Shown here: piece by piece, positions 56,661 through 64,000 of the stretch | Layout: each line of letters starts with the position of its first letter | Position numbering within the stretch: the first letter of the stretch is position 1 | Origin: an uncultured virus (IMG/VR IMGVR_UViG_3300047094_001965) | Taxonomy: Duplodnaviria > Heunggongvirae > Uroviricota > Caudoviricetes | IMG/VR virus record: IMGVR_UViG_3300047094_001965 | Reading direction: 5' to 3' (one strand) | Length of the DNA: 64,000 bases | Translations under genes and position numbers: made by a program | Notes under the pieces: generated by a model | The model's input: the letters and a program-made list of their open reading frames with translations, nothing else | Databases searched by the model: none | Told to the model about the DNA's origin: nothing

Positions 56661-58379
56661 TTATTGGCCCCTCAATACTTTTTCAAACTCGTCTATCGGT
56701 AATTCCCTTTTTTCTCCGTTGATGGTGAACTTCACCTTTGTCTTACCACCCCACCAAGAAGAACTTGGTTGCACATCCCTGATCTGACCAGATGTTCCGT
56801 CTGGCAATGTGATCTCGTCATCCAGCACAGCGGATAACTTCTTCGGATCCTTTGTCTTTACAAACTCATCCACTTCTGCCGCCGCCATGTTTTTATACTT
56901 GCGGCTATTGGCTTCTGTGATCACTTCACGATCTTCAGAATTATACCACCTGTAGTTACCGGATCCGTCTTTGTGCTTTGCCATAATGCTGGGCACTTTA
57001 CCAATAGGAACATTGTTGGCTTCCGAAATATTGGTCAACCACTTATCAAAGTTCTCTACCTTTTTAGGCTTGCTATTTCTCTCATCGGTATAGTAAATCT
57101 CTCCATCCTTAGGATTATACAATATGCGGCTGTAGGACTCCGGCATAGCCTTACCGTCCTGCATCTTCTTAGTCTTACCGCTATACACTGTCGCGCCTGG
57201 CAGGCGAGATGTAATGTCTACCATTCCACCCTTTGCCGTCTCACCTTGGATAAATGTGGGGTCACCGTTCTTCGCCCGGATAAGGGCATCAATAACATTC
57301 GGCTTTTCTTCTTTCTGGCCACCCCTGCCAGACATGATGGCTGCAGCCCCGAATAAGTCTGCACGTTCCCTGAGCGCACTACGATCTTCAGCGTCCTTGA
57401 CCTTAAATGCATCGCCTTGGTTAAAGTTCCGATTCAGTTCTTCAAAGGCGAAGCGGCGCCGGAGTAGGTCGCCTTCCTCAGAATTTAGATCCACATCCTT
57501 AAATACGGGATTCCTTTTGATCATCTTATCCAGATATCCTTTGGTGCCACGGTTGGCATTGATCAGGCTTTCATACATACCCTTATCCAATACCTCCATC
57601 CTGGTGCCGTCTGGAAACTCCACAGCATTGGCCTTTACACCAATGCCCACGACCTTGCCAGACTCGTCCTTTAAGGGTTGCTGGTATGGCCGTAGATTGG
57701 CAGACCATGAACTGGTGCGTTTAATGCCACCCTTATCGGTAGTGGTTTCTTCACCTGCAGCTTCAGCCTTTTGGTTATTCACCCAGTCCTCTATACCCAT
57801 ATTTCCACGTACCCATAAATCAGGACGTTCCTGCATGAATTCACCAGTGTAGTCCCGGTTAAGATCGATCTGGTCAGGATCCTTCAACTTGTACTGGCCA
57901 GATTCGGGATCGAGATCAAAAAATGCTTTATTGAGGGCCCCGAGCTTTACAGCCCGGGCGTCTACAGATTTATCGGCTTCCAGTCCTTTCGTGGCTTCTT
58001 CGATACCAGCGCGGACGGTTTTTGCATTAACGCTATACCTATTCAACTTCTCTACATCGTTCTGGATCATGTACCCCATCTCAGACATCCTGATATTGGG
58101 ATTCTTCATGATCATGCCGGTATAGTTCTGCTTCATCTGCCTGAGACTGTCATTGATAACCCTGTCTGTAGGTGTGCCGGTAGCAAAGTTTTTCTCATCG
58201 AATTCCTTCCCGAGATATCCGACAAGGGCATCCTGGCGATCCGCTTCCTCGCGCATCCGCTGGGCTTCCTTTGCCTTCCTATTCTCGGACATGGCAAGGA
58301 CATTGGCGGCCATATTCATTACGCCGTCCTGACTGGGTAAAATTACTGCGTGCTCTGCACCGTATGGTCCGCCTGCCAT
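56661..58379 (-). CDS. putative ejection protein
   Basis: position between the pilot-like and giant genes. Confidence 0.65.
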   Translation of the reverse strand: MAGGPYGAEHAVILPSQDGVMNMAANVLAMSENRKAKEAQRMREEADRQDALVGYLGKEFDEKNFATGTPTDRVINDSLRQMKQNYTGMIMKNPNIRMSEMGYMIQNDVEKLNRYSVNAKTVRAGIEEATKGLEADKSVDARAVKLGALNKAFFDLDPESGQYKLKDPDQIDLNRDYTGEFMQERPDLWVRGNMGIEDWVNNQKAEAAGEETTTDKGGIKRTSSWSANLRPYQQPLKDESGKVVGIGVKANAVEFPDGTRMEVLDKGMYESLINANRGTKGYLDKMIKRNPVFKDVDLNSEEGDLLRRRFAFEELNRNFNQGDAFKVKDAEDRSALRERADLFGAAAIMSGRGGQKEEKPNVIDALIRAKNGDPTFIQGETAKGGMVDITSRLPGATVYSGKTKKMQDGKAMPESYSRILYNPKDGEIYYTDERNSKPKKVENFDKWLTNISEANNVPIGKVPSIMAKHKDGSGNYRWYNSEDREVITEANSRKYKNMAAAEVDEFVKTKDPKKLSAVLDDEITLPDGTSGQIRDVQPSSSWWGGKTKVKFTINGEKRELPIDEFEKVLRGQ

Positions 58380-58390
58380 TTATGTATAGT

Positions 58391-59161
58391 TTAGTTTCCC
58401 AAAATTGTTTTCCACCTGGCTTCCGTATTCATAGGGTTCAGGAAAGAAGGGGTGAAAGACCTTCCCGCCATAAAACCCGGCGCGATACCGCCACCGCCTA
58501 CTACTGGGTTCATACCCTGCGCCGTAGCCATAGGTGTGTTGGATACAGATGCCATCTGGCCGCCTTTACCCATCAACCCGCCAAACCTCGGCATTTTCAA
58601 CCCTTGGCCTACACCAGACCCCAGCATCATCAATCCGCCCTGAGCAAGATCACTGAACGCACCAGCCCTGTTTTGATAGCTGGCATTCATGAGGGCATTC
58701 TTCGCCTGTACGGCTTCGGTATATTTTCTCAGTTTGTCGCCAAACACTTTGTCTGTCTCGCCAATCATAGTGCCTTCCGCGCCAGTAAGAACCTGGTTCA
58801 TCTGAATCTTGTTCTGCTGCTCCATCTGTGCGAGGTTTGCAGCGGACTGGTTGGCCTGTGAGTTACCAACTGCAGCCATAGCAAGGGCATCGGCTCCGGA
58901 ACCCGCATTGCGCTCTACAGAAGCCTGAAAATTGGCTTGGTTGGCCTGTATGTTCTTCTCCATAGCAGTAGCGCCAGCCATACGGCCGCCATACATCTGC
59001 TGGGCACGGGCTAACCCGTCTTTGGCTTGCTGTGATACCTGGTATTCGGGATCATTAGGGTTGATATTATTGGCCAGCTTCTTTTGCTTGCGTGCGGTTA
59101 CCAACTTGCTGATCAAGTTGACACCCATCCCTATCCCTGATAATATTCCGCCAATTGCCAT
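58391..59161 (-). CDS. pilot/ejection protein
   Basis: Gly-rich hydrophobic N-terminus; A/Q/N/M-rich. Confidence 0.7.
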   Translation of the reverse strand: MAIGGILSGIGMGVNLISKLVTARKQKKLANNINPNDPEYQVSQQAKDGLARAQQMYGGRMAGATAMEKNIQANQANFQASVERNAGSGADALAMAAVGNSQANQSAANLAQMEQQNKIQMNQVLTGAEGTMIGETDKVFGDKLRKYTEAVQAKNALMNASYQNRAGAFSDLAQGGLMMLGSGVGQGLKMPRFGGLMGKGGQMASVSNTPMATAQGMNPVVGGGGIAPGFMAGRSFTPSFLNPMNTEARWKTILGN

Positions 59162-59163
59162 AG

Positions 59164-62100
59164 TTACAATTTGTATCCTTGTGAATCAATATATGTCAAG
59201 TTCACGAACTTAATTTGGATATTGTTTTGTGCCGTATTTACGTCCCACTCCAACAACATCCTGATTGCCGGACCTCTCATGTTATCTCCATAGTGCAACC
59301 TCTCCACAACAGTCTTATTCATCAACGTAGGCGTCAGACGATCCCTTAAAATACCTGCATACCAAATGTTTTCCCAGCTGCGAAACTCGTCATTAACGAG
59401 ATCAGAAGATTGAACATTTGGACTCTCTGTCCGCAAGTGCACATAATCTGGTACTAAGTTACATTCAATAGCGAGTGATTCCCATATTTTAACCAGACTT
59501 TGTTCCTGATTGCCAATAATTGCTATTCTGGATTTCTGCGGAACACCGTAAAAATTATTATAACCAGGGCCAGCATTGTGCTGGTGAATCTTTCCATCCT
59601 TGAAGGAATAGAGATCGTTACCGATTACAACATAGTATTCCGGAAGGAAGCCCATAGGTGCATGCCAGCTATCCATTGGGTATTTATACACCAGCGTCTT
59701 AGCCTGGCCATCCCAGATGTCGTAAGGATAATCCAATCCAACAACGTCCGTCATGCCGCGCGGGTTGTCCGCCAGCAATGTGGGCACCGTAACCAACACC
59801 TCTTTGTGGTGAGGATCTTGGCTGGCTACAATAAAGGGCCTCGATCCCAACGCTTCAATCTGGGCTTTGGTCATAGAGTTATACTGCCTGCAGAACTGCC
59901 TGAAGAACCTGGTGAGCTTGTTATCGCTTACGGGTGTGACGCCGTTCAGGGAATAGAATACATACTTTTCCTTATTCATATCCCACCAGAAAACCAGCTC
60001 AGAGTCGGTCATACATACAGATTCCGGATTGACGGAACCATATCCGCCCTTTAGCGGGTTGATGGTACCGATCACGCCATCCGCCTTGGAAAAGAACGCC
60101 GTAGCGCCATTGCTTTGGTTGATCTGGGCTTCGCCAATGTATATGCTCGATACATCGTATTTACATATAGCCAGCATGACAGAACCTTCATCCTGCGTCT
60201 TGCTGGTCAACTTCAGTTTTGTAATTGGTCCGCTTTCTATTGGGAGATCCTGATAATCCAGTACATCGAAATTTGAAAGACCGTTGACTTGGGTGCCTTG
60301 CTGGAACACGTTGCTGAAACAGATATTCCTATCCCTCAATTCCTGACCAAGGCCCGTCCTGGCGATAGCCCTGCCGGCATCCGTATTCCAGATAGTCCAC
60401 AACTTATCATTGGGGCTCATCGCCTCTACAAGGTATTGGCTGGCGGACTTGGTGCGTTCGATCAGCCACACATCGCCTTCGATATCACCGGACATCGTGG
60501 AGTACCTACGGCTGGGTAATCCGGGATCGAGAACCGGATACCTATTGCCCACTTCAAAAAACAACTCATTCAGGTTTTCTTTGAAGGGGGTATATACTTC
60601 TACCAATGCACTGGTGCCTGAATTAAGGGTGCCCAAATTAGACAGATTTGCAATGATCCAGTCACCTGACTGATCGATCACCACAAGCTCGTAAACATTC
60701 GTTCCTATGTACACCTTCACAAAGTCGCCTTCGGAAAACACATAGCCAAGGCCCGGAGGCTTCAGTCCGGCAAGGTTGATACCTATGCCGAGATGTGTTG
60801 CCGCCCATGCAGAACTTGTAAATATATAGTTGCCTGATCCGTCTTTGGTGGCATACCCCATGTTCTCGGCCCTGATCTGGAAAAAAGACCGGGTGCGGAG
60901 ACATTTTGTTGTCAGGATGCTATAGCTTGTCGCCCATTCGGGAATCTCAGACAATGCATCAATGTTGCTGACGGACCACGTAATAAACCGGGTATAAGCC
61001 ACGGTCCCGTACTGCCTGTCGGGTGTGATCAGTTTCAATGCCTCTTTGGTAACGGCGCCGCCAAGCCTTCCGGCGAAATCGTAGAACGCAATAGCTACCC
61101 GCTTACCAGCCCCAGACTTGTGGACTTTCTTTCCCACCAGACTGCTTACCGCGGGAGGGCTATTAACAATAGAAGTGCCACCCGCAAATGAAAACTCAAT
61201 CAGGGTAGCATATGGAGGACCGGCAATGCCGTTATATGAAAATACATTCGTGGCGCCAGCGCCTTCAAACACAAGGTCGCCAAAGTTGACCGAGACGGGA
61301 AACACGGGCGATACTGGATCGATGTACCCGCTGGTCCAAGAATAATACCCACTGGTTGGAATGCCTGTGATGTCAATAACATACTTTGTTGCTACGCCTA
61401 AACCCGTTGTCCACTTCAGCCTCCACCACCGGCCCGTAAGGACCCCACCTTCATCCTGCACTGGATAAGCCACCAGGCTTGTTTCTTCTGACGCCGTGAG
61501 GCCGCGCACGTTGTTACCCAGCCAAAGCCTATTCTTAGCGACTTCCTGCGTGCGGGAATATATGGGAATAGAATGAAAGAGTTCCGCAGCATCGGCATCG
61601 CTTATTGCTATACCGTTCTGATCGTTATAAAACATAAAGGTCAAAGGAGTGCCGGCGTTATGCGCCGTGATTGCAGCCGCGTCTCCGGCCTTTCCTTTAT
61701 CCCATGTCTTGATGATAAAATATTTATTGCTTTCCAGATCCTTAACCACAAGTTCAATCTTAAGCACGTCATTGTTCACAGCCTCATCTACTGGTATCGT
61801 GAGCAGGTATGCATTACCAAGATCGGAAGGCAGCAAGAATCCAGCCGTCCTACTGTATTCACTTAAAACAGACAATTCATAGTCTCTATAAACATACCTG
61901 TATGCAAACTGAAAAGCGGAGTTCCTGATAAAGTTACCAGGGTTGCTGCCTCCGGACAAGACAAAAGTGATAGGATACGCTGGTGGCTTCCTTATAAGAC
62001 TGACCTCCGCCTGTTTCAAAGGGGATGTGTAAGGAAGCACCGAGGTAACGTATCCAGGATGGTTTAATTTGATACCGGCTTCTATATTTAACCTGCGGGG

Positions 62101-62523
62101 CTGATTGATATGATCATTCACCCAGTACAGGATATTATCTACCACATTGGCAGAATGAATGAGCCAGTCCTTTGAAAAGTTTAGGCCGCCCGTAATCTGG
62201 CTATTTAGTAGCACAGTATAAACGGTATCGGTTCCCTTGTCGTAACAGTATATTCCGTGGTTGCCGTTGCTATTCCAGTTAAAGAAGATAGCCCGGTTCT
62301 TGGCTTCGTCAGCCACGGCACCGATACAATCATTTGTCCCTGCCGGAAGGCTATGAGTGATTGCCCTGGTAGATAGTACGTTTTCCAAGCCACCCACAGC
62401 GCCTTTATCGGTTGTGGCAAACCGGAAGTTCTTCCCGTTGACATATGCATTAGCGCCAACAAGAAAGTCTTGGGTATCGCCATCCAGGCCTTCGTTAAAA
62501 TATTTCTTTTCTTCTTTCTGCAT
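59164..62523 (-). CDS. tail stabilisation (muzzle, P22 gp10-like) protein
   Basis: GLDGD...N.R; LYWVND..NQPRRLNI; FQFAYRYVY; NRLWLGN; YGSVNPES. Confidence 0.85.
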   Translation of the reverse strand: MQKEEKKYFNEGLDGDTQDFLVGANAYVNGKNFRFATTDKGAVGGLENVLSTRAITHSLPAGTNDCIGAVADEAKNRAIFFNWNSNGNHGIYCYDKGTDTVYTVLLNSQITGGLNFSKDWLIHSANVVDNILYWVNDHINQPRRLNIEAGIKLNHPGYVTSVLPYTSPLKQAEVSLIRKPPAYPITFVLSGGSNPGNFIRNSAFQFAYRYVYRDYELSVLSEYSRTAGFLLPSDLGNAYLLTIPVDEAVNNDVLKIELVVKDLESNKYFIIKTWDKGKAGDAAAITAHNAGTPLTFMFYNDQNGIAISDADAAELFHSIPIYSRTQEVAKNRLWLGNNVRGLTASEETSLVAYPVQDEGGVLTGRWWRLKWTTGLGVATKYVIDITGIPTSGYYSWTSGYIDPVSPVFPVSVNFGDLVFEGAGATNVFSYNGIAGPPYATLIEFSFAGGTSIVNSPPAVSSLVGKKVHKSGAGKRVAIAFYDFAGRLGGAVTKEALKLITPDRQYGTVAYTRFITWSVSNIDALSEIPEWATSYSILTTKCLRTRSFFQIRAENMGYATKDGSGNYIFTSSAWAATHLGIGINLAGLKPPGLGYVFSEGDFVKVYIGTNVYELVVIDQSGDWIIANLSNLGTLNSGTSALVEVYTPFKENLNELFFEVGNRYPVLDPGLPSRRYSTMSGDIEGDVWLIERTKSASQYLVEAMSPNDKLWTIWNTDAGRAIARTGLGQELRDRNICFSNVFQQGTQVNGLSNFDVLDYQDLPIESGPITKLKLTSKTQDEGSVMLAICKYDVSSIYIGEAQINQSNGATAFFSKADGVIGTINPLKGGYGSVNPESVCMTDSELVFWWDMNKEKYVFYSLNGVTPVSDNKLTRFFRQFCRQYNSMTKAQIEALGSRPFIVASQDPHHKEVLVTVPTLLADNPRGMTDVVGLDYPYDIWDGQAKTLVYKYPMDSWHAPMGFLPEYYVVIGNDLYSFKDGKIHQHNAGPGYNNFYGVPQKSRIAIIGNQEQSLVKIWESLAIECNLVPDYVHLRTESPNVQSSDLVNDEFRSWENIWYAGILRDRLTPTLMNKTVVERLHYGDNMRGPAIRMLLEWDVNTAQNNIQIKFVNLTYIDSQGYKL

Positions 62524-63272
62524 TAGCCTTTGTATGTTCCGGTATGGTTGCGGCGGAACATCCGTTTAACATCTTCGATGGTCAATGGATCGCTGGCAGC
62601 CCTTACCTTCCTCAATTCTTTTTCTTTTTCACGCCTGGCTTCTTCCCTTTCACTCAGGCTGTATTGCCTGTTGTGAAACTTATGCCTCTCGTCTATATAA
62701 GCCTTGATGTATGCAATATGGTACGGATTAACATGAGTAGCTGCATCGCTGTCTATGCCGTCTGAAATGTAGTCCAGAACGATATACTCTACGCCTGCCA
62801 ACTGAGGATTGAGCGCAATCACATTGCGTTCCTTCACAATCTGGAAGGAGTCACCATTGAAGTCGTAATTGAACATCCTACCTATACGCTCTCCATACTC
62901 ATTCATGTAGTTAGTGTACCATGCTCCGTTGAAGGAACCAACATACTCCGTCTCCACCACTTCTTTCTTTACCTCTTTGCCTTGGCTGTCATAATCAGGC
63001 AGCCGGTTCATAGTGATCCCCCTCACCAATGGCTTTACATAGGCGCCAGTCGCTACACCCACACGAATGTAATCCACATAGTCGCATGGCAGTTCTGCCG
63101 TAAGAGAAGGCGAAACTTTGATCATCTTCGAGTTTACAACTCCATCGTGAAACAGGTTTAGATCCCGAACACAGTCCAAGGCGTAGGCCAAAAAGTCTAC
63201 ATACCAATGGATCGTGTACCGCTTATCCATAAGCGTTGACCTAACCACCATATCGAGATTATAGAACTTCAT
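62523..63272 (-). CDS. tail tubular/ring protein
   Basis: ELPCDYVDYIRV...IVLDYISDG; upstream of the stabilisation gene. Confidence 0.8.
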   Translation of the reverse strand: MKFYNLDMVVRSTLMDKRYTIHWYVDFLAYALDCVRDLNLFHDGVVNSKMIKVSPSLTAELPCDYVDYIRVGVATGAYVKPLVRGITMNRLPDYDSQGKEVKKEVVETEYVGSFNGAWYTNYMNEYGERIGRMFNYDFNGDSFQIVKERNVIALNPQLAGVEYIVLDYISDGIDSDAATHVNPYHIAYIKAYIDERHKFHNRQYSLSEREEARREKEKELRKVRAASDPLTIEDVKRMFRRNHTGTYKG

Positions 63273-63273
63273 T

Positions 63274-64000
63274 TTAATCTATTAAAGTTACCCGGAACCT
63301 TGCTTTTCTTATAGTTGGTCCAACAATAATCGGAAACACCTGCAATGTACTGGGTACATAGCCCAAAACAATAAAATCCTGCCTTTCGACCGTGATATTG
63401 AACACCTGAAGCGTACTTGCCACCGATGGCAACTGCAAGTTCACTTGCCCAGGCAATACCACCGGAGATCGTACCTGCATCGTTGAAGGCACAAAAGAAA
63501 GATTAACGTACTGCAATCCCCCCTCTGATGTAACTATTGGAGCACGCACCTGTAAAGTGCTGGCTACCGAAGGCAGGGCAATAGTCGCGGCGCCAGGAAG
63601 CAGTGTTATAGCATTCACAGTCAATGTGCTGCCCACTGCTGGCAGCGATACGGTTACGGATCCACGAGTGACAGTAAGAGCCCTTACAACCAATGTACTT
63701 GCAACTGCCGGAAGCTGTACGACCGAAGGTGGAACAACTATAGCGGGAGCATTAACAACCAATGTGCTGGCAACTGCTGGCAGTTGCACATTCAAGGATA
63801 CTGCTGGCGCAAAAACCTGCATTGTAGATGCTACGGTATTGCACTCAATATTCTGTTCCTGCGTTCCGGAATACGCATACTCATATATCCTTAACTCGTC
63901 ATTGTTCTGATCTATAAATGCAGTTCGGTTTGCTGACAAGCCGGCCAGAGCAGGATAAAATACGTTTGAAAGCGATGCATTTATGCCCTGATCAACGAAG
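63274..64000 (-). CDS. structural protein with ~24-aa LP.V.STL.V repeats (5'-truncated)
   Basis: frame open to the window edge; ~8 repeats. Confidence 0.7.
   Translation of the reverse strand, partial: FVDQGINASLSNVFYPALAGLSANRTAFIDQNNDELRIYEYAYSGTQEQNIECNTVASTMQVFAPAVSLNVQLPAVASTLVVNAPAIVVPPSVVQLPAVASTLVVRALTVTRGSVTVSLPAVGSTLTVNAITLLPGAATIALPSVASTLQVRAPIVTSEGGLQYVNLSFVPSTMQVRSPVVLPGQVNLQLPSVASTLQVFNITVERQDFIVLGYVPSTLQVFPIIVGPTIRKARFRVTLID

Noticed and set aside
43042..58861. Long + strand ORFs (e.g. 43042-44082, 51119-51991, 54734-55729)
   Set aside because: Antisense shadows of well-supported minus-strand structural genes
1..64000. Stop-codon reassignment as in some crAss-like phages
   Set aside because: Long genes are intact in code 11, TAG and TGA end real genes, and no suppressor tRNA is present
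1..64000. Diversity-generating retroelement, retron, intron or IS
   Set aside because: No reverse transcriptase, transposase, TR/VR pair or split gene seen

Overview
The window is ~64 kb of a temperate, podovirus-like phage of Bacteroidota. The host assignment rests on TAnnTTTG/TTTG promoters and AC-rich, SD-less leaders. Layout: 1-4.1 kb accessory/HNH genes plus an intergenic block with 27-bp direct repeats and a parS-like site; ~4.2 kb G-rich putative genome terminus; 5.1-12.6 kb early/anti-defence-type region (RadC/JAB, DUF3560-like, adenine MTase, many small genes); 13-17 kb HNH and MTase genes; 17-21 kb minus-strand structured RNAs, an Acb2/Tad1-like sponge gene, 5 tRNAs, xis, tyrosine integrase, attP and a repressor/Cro switch; 21-30 kb replication (SSB-like, split C5-MTase, initiator, DnaB, RuvC-like); 30-64 kb minus-strand lysis and crAss-like virion genes (tail spike, major capsid, portal, TerL, giant ejection protein, tail stabilisation and ring proteins). 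The most novel signals are non-coding: (1) a five-copy covarying H-type pseudoknot 8-10 nt upstream of early-gene start codons; (2) a complete type I hammerhead ribozyme directly upstream of one copy; (3) a genome-wide 15-bp palindrome GTTACA-N3-TGTAAC (~16 sites); (4) a promoter-driven C4/CI-like RNA followed by a ~200-nt multi-stem RNA. All protein family calls come from motif recognition by eye, not database searches.
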